Shown: positions 10,099 through 20,084, numbered from the stretch's first letter. The stretch is 64,000 bases of DNA from Candidatus Moraniibacteriota bacterium (GCA_016699795.1 CP065011.1:1011449-1075448), one strand, 5' to 3'. Notes: generated from the letters alone by a model not told the origin. Numbers and translations: made by a program.

Positions 10099-11152
10099 GT
10101 TAAACATTATTTATCATATCCCTTCCCTTGATACTATTTATGCCGGAAGAACGATCTATAATGGGTATAAAAATGCTTTTGAAGATTTAGGACATACATT
10201 TATTCCTTTCACAGCAAATGATAGTCAGAAAGAATTATTTGAGAAAATTGTTCCTGATATTTTTATTACATCTCTTAACGCCTATAATTTGAAATATCTT
10301 GATCTTTCCCTTCTCAAAAAACAAAAAAAGAAAGGTATGAAAGTTTTCATAAATACTCCTTTTTGGACATCACCCCTCTCTAAAATGAGGATAAATGAAG
10401 CGCCAAGTCTTTCTGAAAATAAAGAATATGTGCAACTCATTCAATCTGGAACGTATGGGAATGTTTACTTTAATTCATGCGAGGAAGGAGATTTGAGAAT
10501 GGAAGGATTTGAAAAAATTACAGGATATAAACATCATACTATACCACTTGCCGGGGATAAAACCCTTCATCATCCCGAATATTCCAAAAATTTTTTGGCT
10601 GACATTTCTTATATCGGAACCTATCTTCCAGAAAAACGCGATTTTTTCAAAAAAATAATATTTCCACTTCAGAAAAAATATAACATAAAACTTTACGGAC
10701 AAGATTGGACTTTAAAAGATAGGGTATTGGGATTTACTCAAAAAGTTGGTCAGTATTATAATGTTCCATACTTTAGATCTTTCCAAAAACCAAAACTCCA
10801 ACTTGAGGATGAGCGAAAAATCTACTCATCTTCCACCATTTCCATAAATGTTCATGAAAAGTATCAAAAAAAATTTGGAGGAGATTGTAATGACAGAACA
10901 TTTAAAGTTCCTTTGTGTGGAGGATTTGAGATAACGGATGATGTCGCATGTATACGAAAATATTTCAGAGAAGGTGAGGAAATAATCATTGCAAAAAATG
11001 ATGATGATTATGTACAAAAATTAGAATATTATCTGAAAAATCCAGAAAAAAGACGAGAAATTATAGAAGCGGGGAGAAAGCGAGTTTTAAAAGAGCATAC
11101 ATATCACGCTAGAATAGAAGATTTTATAAAACTTTTTACTGATATGCTATAA
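10079..11152 (+). CDS. CgeB-like / Glyco_trans_1_2 family putative glycosyltransferase
   Basis: C-terminal ..KVPLCGGFEITDDVACIRKYFREGEEIII..EAGRKRVLKEHTYHARIEDF resembles the DUF3880/Glyco_trans_1_2 (CgeB) domain. Confidence 0.5.
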   Translation: MFMQKNKLNIIYHIPSLDTIYAGRTIYNGYKNAFEDLGHTFIPFTANDSQKELFEKIVPDIFITSLNAYNLKYLDLSLLKKQKKKGMKVFINTPFWTSPLSKMRINEAPSLSENKEYVQLIQSGTYGNVYFNSCEEGDLRMEGFEKITGYKHHTIPLAGDKTLHHPEYSKNFLADISYIGTYLPEKRDFFKKIIFPLQKKYNIKLYGQDWTLKDRVLGFTQKVGQYYNVPYFRSFQKPKLQLEDERKIYSSSTISINVHEKYQKKFGGDCNDRTFKVPLCGGFEITDDVACIRKYFREGEEIIIAKNDDDYVQKLEYYLKNPEKRREIIEAGRKRVLKEHTYHARIEDFIKLFTDML

Positions 11153-11168
11153 CAAAAAAATTATCAAT

Positions 11169-13346
11169 TTGTATATGCTTTTTAAATTTAAAAGAATATT
11201 TTTTTGGGTTTTCCCATTTTTAGTGAGCTCCGTTTTTATATATTTTTTGAATTATAAATTACAGGATGGCTTTCTTGTAGTTCACGATAGTCCTGTATAT
11301 CATGATAAAGTTAGGGCGGATAAAGAATTTTTTTTTCTTTGGAATGAGGGTAATTTTGGTTTTGCTGATTTTTTGTGGCAAGGAACAGCCTTTTTTCCCC
11401 GAAGTATATCATTTTTTTTGTTTGAGGCGGGTTTTAATTCAAAAAATGTTCAGCTAATTTTGTATTTTGTAGCTATAAATTTTATTTGGTATTTTTCTTG
11501 GTGGTCATTTAAAGGGATATATAATATTCTTGATTTTAAAAATGTTAATAAGCAATCATTTTTAGCAGCAACTTTCTACACGTTTAATTTATACATGATA
11601 ATAACATGGCACGCAGGAATTTCTGATTTTTTATTTATTCTTTTTGCTATAGCACCTCTGATTCTTAAATTTTTTATAAAGACATTATTATTTGATAATA
11701 CGAAAATTATTTATCAAGGAATAACATTTGGATTATTTATATCTTTCTTAGTAAATACGGGACCATTTTTCTTAGCAATGTTTTTACCTTTTTTAGTTTC
11801 ATATCTAGTAGTTACTTCCCTAAAAGGATTCTCTATATTTTTTTATAAAATTAAATTATTAATAATATCTTTTTTTGTTGTTATATTTCTAGCAGCTCCT
11901 TTTATTTTACTTCTTTTTCTTGCTCATGGATATACAGATAAATATTGGATAGAAAGTACCTCAAATGCCTTTATTTTTTCTGATGCTGGATTAGATGGTA
12001 TTTTTAGGCTTTTTCTTGAATACTTTTTTGATAAAATATGGTTTGGAAGATTTTTTCATTCTTATTATCCTTATTATGAATCATGGCTAGCCATAGGGTC
12101 TATATATACTTTGTGGATATGCGGTTTATTTGGTATGTTTTATAATTTTAAAAACAAAACCATAAAGGATAAGTATTTCATTATTTTTATTATATTTTCT
12201 TTACTGATCGCTCTTTTTATGGCAAAGGCAAATCAATTGCCATTAGGAAGTCTGAATGAATATCTTTATGAAAAAGTACCAGTTCTCGCTCTTTTTAGAA
12301 CACCAGATACTAAATTCGGATTACCAATTATTTTAATCTTATCTTTAATTATTGGATATTTCACCTTGTTGTATAGAAAAAATAAGTTAGTTATTTCTTT
12401 CATATCTTTTTTGATTATTTTGCAAGTAGGAATATTTTTTTCAGGCATTCCTATTATTGAAAAAAGAATAGGCGATGGATTTCAAAGAATTGTAGTTATT
12501 CCGGAGGAGTATAAAAATATAGCAAATATTTTAAATAGAGATCGTCTCGACGGATCTATTTTCATGTGCCCAGATGAAAGTTTTTTTACTAATTTTGATT
12601 ATGGTAACGGATTTGGTCTTAATGGTCCTGATATTTTAGGAGAAATTATAGAAAGGCCGGTTATCTATGGTAATGGACTGACTTTTGGAAGATCATTGAA
12701 GAAATACAATTTTATCAACAATGGATCCGATGTTGATTTAATGAATATTCGATATTTCCTTATCAGAAAAGATATTATTAAGAATAATAAAGAATTATCT
12801 TGCGAAGAAATTTATTTTAATAATTCTTTAAAAGAGATTTATAATTCATCGGTTGGAACATTGTTTATAAATAAGCTTGATAATGAAAATTCTAATGTTA
12901 TTTTTTCTGATAAAGATAATAATGTAATTGTTCATAAAGTTAGCCCTTTAAAATACGAAATTAAGGTATCTCACTTAAGTAAAAAAACTGATGTGGAATT
13001 CTTACAATCTTTTCATGATGGTTGGAAATTTTATCCTGGTACTGACTGGTCTATTTTTAACGTTCTATGGAAGAAGGATTTCTTCCAAGATACTCATAGA
13101 GTTTTTAATGGTTATGCAAATAAATGGACTATTGATCCTAAATATATAAAAGAAAATTTTCCGAAAGATTCTTGGGAAGAAAATCCTGATGGAAGTATTA
13201 ATGTTGCTTTATCACTTTATTTTAAACCCCAATCATATTTTTATGCTAGCGTTCTCATATCCGGGATTTCTTTTTTTGCTTGCATTTCTTATTTAATATT
13301 TTTCTTTATAAAAAGAAAAAAAATAAATAGTAATGTTTCAATTTAA
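11169..13346 (+). CDS. YfhO-like polytopic membrane protein (GT-C-like putative glycan transferase), paralog A
   Basis: About 12 N-terminal TM helices, a large extracytoplasmic domain, and a single C-terminal TM anchor (..KPQSYFYASVLISGISFFACISYLIFFF). This is the YfhO/AftD-type architecture. The C-terminal domain is shared with ORFs 13333-15609 and 30660-31670. Confidence 0.5.
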   Translation: MYMLFKFKRIFFWVFPFLVSSVFIYFLNYKLQDGFLVVHDSPVYHDKVRADKEFFFLWNEGNFGFADFLWQGTAFFPRSISFFLFEAGFNSKNVQLILYFVAINFIWYFSWWSFKGIYNILDFKNVNKQSFLAATFYTFNLYMIITWHAGISDFLFILFAIAPLILKFFIKTLLFDNTKIIYQGITFGLFISFLVNTGPFFLAMFLPFLVSYLVVTSLKGFSIFFYKIKLLIISFFVVIFLAAPFILLLFLAHGYTDKYWIESTSNAFIFSDAGLDGIFRLFLEYFFDKIWFGRFFHSYYPYYESWLAIGSIYTLWICGLFGMFYNFKNKTIKDKYFIIFIIFSLLIALFMAKANQLPLGSLNEYLYEKVPVLALFRTPDTKFGLPIILILSLIIGYFTLLYRKNKLVISFISFLIILQVGIFFSGIPIIEKRIGDGFQRIVVIPEEYKNIANILNRDRLDGSIFMCPDESFFTNFDYGNGFGLNGPDILGEIIERPVIYGNGLTFGRSLKKYNFINNGSDVDLMNIRYFLIRKDIIKNNKELSCEEIYFNNSLKEIYNSSVGTLFINKLDNENSNVIFSDKDNNVIVHKVSPLKYEIKVSHLSKKTDVEFLQSFHDGWKFYPGTDWSIFNVLWKKDFFQDTHRVFNGYANKWTIDPKYIKENFPKDSWEENPDGSINVALSLYFKPQSYFYASVLISGISFFACISYLIFFFIKRKKINSNVSI

Positions 13347-15609
13347 GAAAATAAATTTTATGATTTTTAATAAAAAACTCACATCTAAATTTCTCGAACA
13401 ATTTTTTTGTTTTGGATTAATTTTTAGTATTGCATTTTTGTTAAACTCTTTCCCTTCCGAATCTATAGTTGCTGGTGGAGATTTTTATCAATTATTAAAA
13501 CCTTCCGAACATTTTTCTCAGTATTTTTATGTATGGTTTAATCAACATGGTCAAGGACAGCTCAACACTATTTCTCCCGCGTACCCATTTTATACATTAT
13601 TAGCCATTCTTGATTTTATAGGAATGAATACAGATACAATTTCAAGCTTTTATATTTTTTTTATTCTTTATGGTTCTTATTTAGGATTTTTTTTATCGAT
13701 ACGCTGGATTTATCCAGAAATAAAGAAATATGAAAGGATTGGATTTAGTTTATTCTATTCTCTTAATTATTTTACTTTTTCTATTTTTACGTATCCATGG
13801 GGGTTTTCTCATCATTTTCTTTTTTACATTTTTATACCCCCTTTAATAATTCTTTTTTTAAAAATATTCTTTATTAAAAAAATTGATATAAAATATTTTA
13901 TAATCTTTTGGCTTATTTTTCTTATTTCAACTATTTCTTATTCTAATATAGCATTTCTAGCCTCTTTATTTTTTATTCAATCTATTTTATTTTTTATATT
14001 CTTAAAAGAATTTCCTCTTGAAAATATAGTGAAGAAAATTTTTATTTTCGTATTTATATACATAGCAACTTTTGGCTATTTTTTAGGAATTATTTTTAGT
14101 AGTAATAATAAGGAAACAGAAGGAAAACTTTCCGATAGCGTTGTGTTCGGAGGCGATATCACGAGATTTCTAAAAGAAACATCTAATACTATTTTGAATA
14201 TATTGTCTTTAGATATAAATAATGGAAATTTTTACTCTTTTTTTATATATATTTTTGCATTTCTTATTTCTTTATTCGTGTTTTTCTTCTATAAGAGAAA
14301 TGGTATTTCTCTTATAAGGAAGTCAATAATTCTCGGTTTGATAACTTGTTTTTTAATATTAATCTTTTTAACAATTCGTTTGGAAGAACCTTTTAAAAAT
14401 ATAAATACATTACTTTATACAAAATTATTAATTATTTTTAGATCACCTGACAAAATATTTGTTTTCATTCCTTTTTTCTTTTTTATAATTTTAACAGGAA
14501 TCATCTCACATTTAAGATTGAATAAGATTAAATTAATGATCATTTTTACCATCTTAGCAATTCCTTCTTATCTTTTTTATGACGGTTCTATTGAAAAAAA
14601 ACTAAGAGAAACTGATAAAAGACATAGCTATATCGTAAATATTCCCTCGGAATATAAAAAAGTAAGTATGCTTATTAATAAAAGTCATGAATCCACCTCA
14701 ATTATCTCACTTCCTTATTCAGTAACTAACTCTATAAATTGGTCTGATTATCAGAAATGGAATTTTATAGGACATGACATTCTTTATCTTTTTTATAATA
14801 AAAATTATATATCCGCAAATTCTTTTGATCATCCTTCTTTTGAAACAAAATTTTCTTTTAAGGAGTATGAGAACTCCAAAGTTATTGATATCGAAAAATT
14901 TGAAAAGATTCTTCAAAAATTTAGCGCACAATATATTATTTTTCACAAGGATGTTCAAGTAGGAAAATTGAAAAATTCAACACTAACTCAAGAGACACTT
15001 TCTATTCTTGAATCAAATAATTTTTTAAATTTATTAGAATCAAATGATTTTTTTGATCTATATTCCTTAAAAGAAGGCTATATCAAACCTATTATTTCAG
15101 TTAAAGATGTTAATTTAGATTTTGTAAAAATAAATCCTTCTCAATACAGAATAAAAATAAAAAATATATCAGCTTTAGCCTTTTTTGAGTTTCATCAATC
15201 ATTCAATACTCAATGGAAATTGTATTCAGAAGATTTTTTATCAAAGGATAACTGTTTAGATCATAAAGAATATAAGGGATTTAATACGAATGAATGTATT
15301 ATAAATGAAAGATTTTTTTACTATAAAGATTTTTTAAAATTATTTAAAAATAGCTTTTTTGAAGAATCTCATGAAATGATTAATGATTATGCCAATCAGT
15401 GGACTATTAATCCCAAGTATATAAAAGAAAATTTTCCGAAAGATTCTTGGGAAGAAAATCCTGATGGAAGTATTAATGTTTCAATGACTCTTTATTTCAA
15501 GCCTCAATCATATTTTTATCTTGGGATGTTTATTTCTAGCATAATCCTTATTGGCTGTATTGGATATTTGGGATATGATTTCTGGAAGGGGAGAAAAAAA
15601 CTCTATTAA
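13333..15609 (+). CDS. YfhO-like polytopic membrane protein, paralog B
   Basis: Same architecture as paralog A. C-terminal NDYANQWTINPKYIKENFPKDSWEENPDGSINV..KPQSYFY is near-identical to paralog A. Confidence 0.5.
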   Translation: MFQFKKINFMIFNKKLTSKFLEQFFCFGLIFSIAFLLNSFPSESIVAGGDFYQLLKPSEHFSQYFYVWFNQHGQGQLNTISPAYPFYTLLAILDFIGMNTDTISSFYIFFILYGSYLGFFLSIRWIYPEIKKYERIGFSLFYSLNYFTFSIFTYPWGFSHHFLFYIFIPPLIILFLKIFFIKKIDIKYFIIFWLIFLISTISYSNIAFLASLFFIQSILFFIFLKEFPLENIVKKIFIFVFIYIATFGYFLGIIFSSNNKETEGKLSDSVVFGGDITRFLKETSNTILNILSLDINNGNFYSFFIYIFAFLISLFVFFFYKRNGISLIRKSIILGLITCFLILIFLTIRLEEPFKNINTLLYTKLLIIFRSPDKIFVFIPFFFFIILTGIISHLRLNKIKLMIIFTILAIPSYLFYDGSIEKKLRETDKRHSYIVNIPSEYKKVSMLINKSHESTSIISLPYSVTNSINWSDYQKWNFIGHDILYLFYNKNYISANSFDHPSFETKFSFKEYENSKVIDIEKFEKILQKFSAQYIIFHKDVQVGKLKNSTLTQETLSILESNNFLNLLESNDFFDLYSLKEGYIKPIISVKDVNLDFVKINPSQYRIKIKNISALAFFEFHQSFNTQWKLYSEDFLSKDNCLDHKEYKGFNTNECIINERFFYYKDFLKLFKNSFFEESHEMINDYANQWTINPKYIKENFPKDSWEENPDGSINVSMTLYFKPQSYFYLGMFISSIILIGCIGYLGYDFWKGRKKLY

Positions 15610-15615
15610 GAAAAT

Positions 15616-16929
15616 ATGCGATACCAAAAAATAGGAATTTTTTCAGCTTTATGCATCCTCGTAATAATTACGTATTATCGTTGGTTTTCTTTTTCATGGT
15701 TTGGTCTTGGGGATTGGAATATATATTTTTCTGAAAATTTACGAGAGTTTTCACTACTTTCTTTATGGAATACAAGTTTAGGTTTTGGAGTTTTGGATGT
15801 GATCGTTTGGAAAATTCCTTATAGTCTCCTTATCTCCTTATTTGGATTTCTTGGTTTTGATTCAAATATTTCGGATAAATTTCTCATTCTGATTCCTTTG
15901 GCATTCTTTTCTTTATTTGCACCTTTTATCCTCTTGAAGAAAATTGTTCGATCAAATATTTCCGCGTTTATAGGAGCATTTATTTTTGCATATTCCAGTT
16001 ATTTTCTTGCTATCCATACGCATGGTCACCAACATCTTTCTATGGCAAGTGTATGGGGCGTATTCGCTCTTTATTTTTGTATACGTTTGGTAGAGGAGAG
16101 GCGGATAGAGTGGGCGGTGCTGGGGGGGATGATACTTGCGATTTCCGGATATTATGATTTTCGATTTGCCTATATTTTCTTTTTTATATGCGGTGGGTTT
16201 CTCTTGGTTTCGTGGGTGAAAGAGGTGAGAGGAGAAAATATGAAAGTAAAGAGCAGGGAGTCTTCTTCTCTCCCTTTGCTAAAAGGGAGTACCCGAGTCA
16301 TCGAGGGGGAGGGATTTGTATCTCAGATGGGGAAAATCCCCCTCAATCCCCCTTTTCCTAAGGGGGAGGAAGACGGAGGGGAAGGAGATTCGATCACAAT
16401 GACGGGGGAAAGAAAGAATGTATGGAATCTTTTTTGGATGAGTACGGTGTTTGTACTGGTATTTGCTGGACTCAATGTTTTTTGGATTTTACCTTTTGCT
16501 ACGGCAGGGGCTATGTCAGAAAATGCAGGAGTGGGACGAGATCTTTTTGGTAATGATTATTTCGAACTTCAAGAAGCACTCTTTCTCTCGCATCCTTTCT
16601 GGACAGGGTATGGAGTTGAGTGGATGTCCAATCAACCAACTCCATGGTGGCTTACTATTTTGGGAATCTTAGCTTTTGCAGGTTTCTGGGTAGGAAGAAA
16701 AAATCCATATGTAGTATTTTTCGCTCTCATTGCTCTCATCGGAATATTTTTGGGTAAACAAGTCGATCCTCCCTTTGGAAACTCGTATTACTGGCTCTAT
16801 GAGAATCTCCCGGGCTTCAATGCCTTTCGTGAAGCTTCCAAATTTTATGTACTCATTGCTCTGGGCTACTCCGTCGGCCTCGCCTCCCTCATCAACTGGC
16901 TTTTACCGAAAGAGGGAAGTGAAAAATAA
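15616..16929 (+). CDS. N-terminal (TM-domain) half of a third YfhO-like paralog, split from its C-terminal half at 30660-31670; carries an in-frame GC-rich insert
   Basis: It is multi-TM. Its end (NSYYWLYENLPGFNAFREASKFYVLIALGYSVGLASL) aligns with EYLYEKVPVLALFRTPDTKFGLPIILILSLIIGYF of paralog A and stops in the short cytoplasmic loop before the last N-domain TM. Confidence 0.6.
   Translation: MRYQKIGIFSALCILVIITYYRWFSFSWFGLGDWNIYFSENLREFSLLSLWNTSLGFGVLDVIVWKIPYSLLISLFGFLGFDSNISDKFLILIPLAFFSLFAPFILLKKIVRSNISAFIGAFIFAYSSYFLAIHTHGHQHLSMASVWGVFALYFCIRLVEERRIEWAVLGGMILAISGYYDFRFAYIFFFICGGFLLVSWVKEVRGENMKVKSRESSSLPLLKGSTRVIEGEGFVSQMGKIPLNPPFPKGEEDGGEGDSITMTGERKNVWNLFWMSTVFVLVFAGLNVFWILPFATAGAMSENAGVGRDLFGNDYFELQEALFLSHPFWTGYGVEWMSNQPTPWWLTILGILAFAGFWVGRKNPYVVFFALIALIGIFLGKQVDPPFGNSYYWLYENLPGFNAFREASKFYVLIALGYSVGLASLINWLLPKEGSEK
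16266..16385. repeat. GC-rich palindromic mini-element inserted in frame within CDS 15616-16929
   Basis: ctctccctttgctaaaagggagtacccgagtcatcgagggggagggatttgta plus ccccctt ttcctaa gggggagg. Copies of the same element occur at 16966-17020, 26170-26228 and, inverted, at 22871-22925. It encodes ..SSLPLLKGSTRVIEGEGFVSQMGKIPLNPPFPKGEEDGGEGDS. Confidence 0.7.
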
Positions 16930-17050
16930 AGAAGTTTAACAAAAAATTAAGAATGCAAAAATTCCTCTCTAGCTCTCCCTTTGCCAAAAGGGAGTACTCC
17001 TAAGGGGGAGGGATTTGTATAAATTTCAAGCTCTAAGAAAAATTGTTGAA
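16864..17050. repeat. master copy of a 187-bp segment (3' end of gene 15616-16929 plus downstream) duplicated at 26071-26257 and partially elsewhere in the island
   Basis: Near-identical string from ggctactccgtcggcctcgc to ctctaagaaaaattgttgaa at both positions. Confidence 0.8.
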
Positions 17051-17066
17051 TCTGCCTTTTCTTACT

Positions 17067-17095
17067 TTGACAAAATCTCAAACACTAGTTATATT
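17067..17095 (+). promoter_or_regulatory. sigma70-like promoter TTGACA-17-TATATT upstream of the copy-2 MKQLSTR gene
   Basis: Hexamers with a 17-nt spacer, 24 bp upstream of ATG 17119. Confidence 0.45.
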
Positions 17096-17118
17096 TCCTA
17101 TAATTAAGCATCAAATCT

Positions 17119-17838
17119 ATGAAACAACTTTCTACTCGAACCATCGCTATTATTACCCTTATAGCCATTGCCTTTCTAGCATTAGGAGTTTTTGTGATGC
17201 AAAAAGTTTACAACACACCTCTTCCTGTTGTAGAGAATGAAGTTGAGCAAAAAGAAAATCCGAAAACAAATGATGAAACCTTCATTACTGACGTTGATAT
17301 GAATGTAGAGAATTGGCAAACAAAAGAAACGGAATTTTTTACTATTAAATTTCCGAAGGAGTGGTATTTCTTTCAAACAAACTATGATACGATGGGATAT
17401 AACTCATACGTTATTACAAACAATCCAAATTTCGATATTAGTAAATATCCAGACATTAGTATTGGAGTGGGGAGGATCTATCCTTTGGATCTGATGAATG
17501 AAACAGAAATTGTAATTTCATCAAACTATCTTGGGGATGCTACTGCTAATTCAGGAACGTCTTTGGATTACATAGAATATATGATCAATAGTATGAGGGA
17601 ATACGTAGGTTTTACCGTTGCATGTCAATATATGTCGAGTATGGACAGTATCCCTCTTGCTACGTATTGCTCATTTACAGATGAGGATAATAAGCAAAGA
17701 GTTGGAACGTATTATGCTTCTTATCCAATACGTACGTTTGGATTCTCTGCTCGTGTGAAAAAGGAAAATAATATGGTTTTAGAAAAAATATTGGAGGGTA
17801 TTGTACAAAATTATTCTGTAACTGTTTCATATCGGTAG
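17119..17838 (+). CDS. MKQLSTR-family signal-anchored protein, copy 2
   Basis: N-terminal MKQLSTRTIAIITLIAIAFLALGVFVMQKVYNTPLPVVENEVEQKENPKTNDETF. The central block VDMNVENWQTKETEFFTIKFPKEWY..NNPNFDISKYPDI is shared with ORF 27474; the C-terminus is unique. Confidence 0.75.
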   Translation: MKQLSTRTIAIITLIAIAFLALGVFVMQKVYNTPLPVVENEVEQKENPKTNDETFITDVDMNVENWQTKETEFFTIKFPKEWYFFQTNYDTMGYNSYVITNNPNFDISKYPDISIGVGRIYPLDLMNETEIVISSNYLGDATANSGTSLDYIEYMINSMREYVGFTVACQYMSSMDSIPLATYCSFTDEDNKQRVGTYYASYPIRTFGFSARVKKENNMVLEKILEGIVQNYSVTVSYR

Positions 17839-17962
17839 GAAATTATTGGTTTTTCCGCTTCTTAATCACCTCATCTAAACATGATGGGGTTATCTATGAA
17901 ACGGTAATATCCGTTTCTCAAAAAACATTTGATCTTTAACAATTCGAAAGAGGACTTTCTCC

Positions 17963-18685
17963 ATGAAACTGTTAGCGCAAGGCGTATTGAGTGTATTCTT
18001 AGTATTGTCCAGTCTGGGTGCAGTCGCCGGAACGAATGAGTGCTACGGCTACACGTCTACAACGAATCATTTCCCATGCCTTTATCCAACTGGCAACTGC
18101 ACCTGGTGGGCAGCATATATGCGCCCCGATATTGCAGAAGTGATCACCGGAAGCGGATGGGATGGTGGAAATTGGATCAACAAGCTCAATGGAATGATTC
18201 CTGTTGGTTCCGTTCCTGGAGTTGGGGCAATCGTGGAGTTCGATGGGCACGTTGCCTTCGTAACGAACGTGTTGGATGGGGGTGCATTTCGTGTTTCGGA
18301 AATGGATGCTACTGGAAAATTGGGTAATGGTTTGCAATACGCCACCTACTACCCAGGTAGTAGTAATACCTATCATCGCAATACCGATCGCGGATCTGAT
18401 GTTAAAGGGAGTTGGATCCTCAAAGGTTTCATTTACGCTGAAGATCCCGCAATTATTCCTGGCAATCAATTCTCGATCCGTCATGTGGGAAATTATGGTT
18501 GGTATCCAGCATACAGCTCGTGCATTCATGCCGAGTCATGGTATGGATTTAATAATGATAAAAAGATCGTAAGGATCTATCGCTATTCCAACCACAACCC
18601 GTGTCAATGGATCTACGAAACACTTTATCCGAAAGAGGTCAGTTACAATGCACTCTTCGGAAATGCTAATGCGTGCTATCAATAA
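17963..18685 (+). CDS. secreted CHAP-domain peptidoglycan hydrolase (amidase/endopeptidase), copy 2
   Basis: Signal peptide. Catalytic Cys in GNCTWWAAYMRP and His in DGHVAFVTNV. About 65% aa identity to ORF 28304-29002. Confidence 0.8.
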   Translation: MKLLAQGVLSVFLVLSSLGAVAGTNECYGYTSTTNHFPCLYPTGNCTWWAAYMRPDIAEVITGSGWDGGNWINKLNGMIPVGSVPGVGAIVEFDGHVAFVTNVLDGGAFRVSEMDATGKLGNGLQYATYYPGSSNTYHRNTDRGSDVKGSWILKGFIYAEDPAIIPGNQFSIRHVGNYGWYPAYSSCIHAESWYGFNNDKKIVRIYRYSNHNPCQWIYETLYPKEVSYNALFGNANACYQ

Positions 18686-18717
18686 GACGCAAAACGACCA
18701 TTTGAGAGGTGCTAATC

Positions 18718-20022
18718 GTGAAAACGAAACGATTCTTTGAAGTAGTAATTACTTCCATTTTCCTCTTTGCTTTCGCAAGCGTTTACGCTTCCGATTGCGG
18801 AGAATTCGCAACTATCTCTGTTCCAAGTTCGGGCGGAGGATATGTGAGTGGAGGCGATGGCTACATCCCACCCCAAAATCCAACTCCCACAGACCCTGTC
18901 AATCTTACCCAAGATACTGACATTCTTGGTGCTGACGGCAATGAACTCTATGCTGGACGTGACTCAATCCTTTCTGGAATGAAAGTAAAAGTCCGCGTTG
19001 CAGTGCAAGCTGAAGGAGGGGATGCAGGAAACTGGAAAACGAGAAACGATGCCGACACTATAGACATCGCTTACTCCGTAAGTTCCAATGATGGTCCTTG
19101 GACTCAGTTTGATACTGGGTACATTACCATTTCTAAACTTGATGAGGGACAAACTATCACGGAAACGAAGGAATACACTATTCCAAATGGCATCTCTTCG
19201 ATTGCATTTCGCACAGAAACCGATTATCGAGATGAAGTCGAAGAATATGATGAAGGAGATAATACCAGTCGCGTAGAACGATTTGAGATTTCAAATCTCA
19301 AACCTGACTACAGCATCACTGATGTTTTCTTCTCTGATCCCAGTACAGGAGCCATATACCGAAATGGTGCAATACTCTTAGAAGATAGAGAGTGGTATCC
19401 CTATTGTGAGATAATGAGCACAGGAGAAATCAATGCTCCTATCAACGTAGAAGTTTCTCACCGTATGGATGGAACAGAAAGAGATACTGATACGCTAGGA
19501 ATAGATGATATTTCTTTGGGACAAACATATCGTGAAGTCGTCTGGAGCAAATGGAAACTGGGAAATACAGGAACACGTACCTATACGTGCTGTGTAGATT
19601 CCAAAGGTTGGCTTCCAGAACTCAATGAGAGCAATAATTGCAAGAGTGCACTCTTTACGATAGTTCCATGGAAACCTAGTATCACCATCACTGATCTCTG
19701 GGTAGACTATGATGGAAAAGTAGTTCGTAATGGTGGAACAGGGAGCAAAGGGAAACGTTATCATCCTAATGTTACCTTCACCAATACGGGAAACAAAACA
19801 ATGTCATGTGGTGCTGAAGCGAAGTACTACATCAATTCTAACTCCTATCGTGATCGTGATACTGTTGGTATTCTGGGAGTAGGAGGTATCGGGCACGAGA
19901 GAGTTGATAACGACAATATCAAACTTGGAGATGGAGGATGGAGATCCTATCGTGTTACTCTCCAATCTAGCTGTGGAGAGTTTCCTACAGTGGAAAGAAC
20001 GATGAGTTTCTATCTTCGATGA
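18718..20022 (+). CDS. secreted CARDB-like repeat protein, copy 2
   Basis: GTG start at 18718 after a GAGAGG RBS. Signal peptide KTKRFFEVVITSIFLFAFASVYA|SD. Motifs EYDEGDNTSRVERFEI and LPELNESNNC (E.NE.NN of CARDB). Near-identical to 29035-30339 and to the 3' 1.15 kb of 1318-3237. Confidence 0.6.
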   Translation: MKTKRFFEVVITSIFLFAFASVYASDCGEFATISVPSSGGGYVSGGDGYIPPQNPTPTDPVNLTQDTDILGADGNELYAGRDSILSGMKVKVRVAVQAEGGDAGNWKTRNDADTIDIAYSVSSNDGPWTQFDTGYITISKLDEGQTITETKEYTIPNGISSIAFRTETDYRDEVEEYDEGDNTSRVERFEISNLKPDYSITDVFFSDPSTGAIYRNGAILLEDREWYPYCEIMSTGEINAPINVEVSHRMDGTERDTDTLGIDDISLGQTYREVVWSKWKLGNTGTRTYTCCVDSKGWLPELNESNNCKSALFTIVPWKPSITITDLWVDYDGKVVRNGGTGSKGKRYHPNVTFTNTGNKTMSCGAEAKYYINSNSYRDRDTVGILGVGGIGHERVDNDNIKLGDGGWRSYRVTLQSSCGEFPTVERTMSFYLR

Positions 20023-20084
20023 TTCTCAAGAGACTTCCCGCAAGGACGCGGGAAATACTGAAATGATTTATTATGATAGATATA

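Noticed and set aside
17999-18529. 176-aa antisense ORF inside the copy-2 CHAP gene, and similar antisense ORFs (2710-3111, 19495-19764, 29812-30213, 28346-28588)
   Set aside because: They fully overlap well-supported sense-strand genes, and their amino-acid content is mirror-image and Cys/Arg-rich. The 2710-3111, 19495-19764 and 29812-30213 copies are the same antisense ORF carried on the triplicated module. They are considered shadow ORFs.
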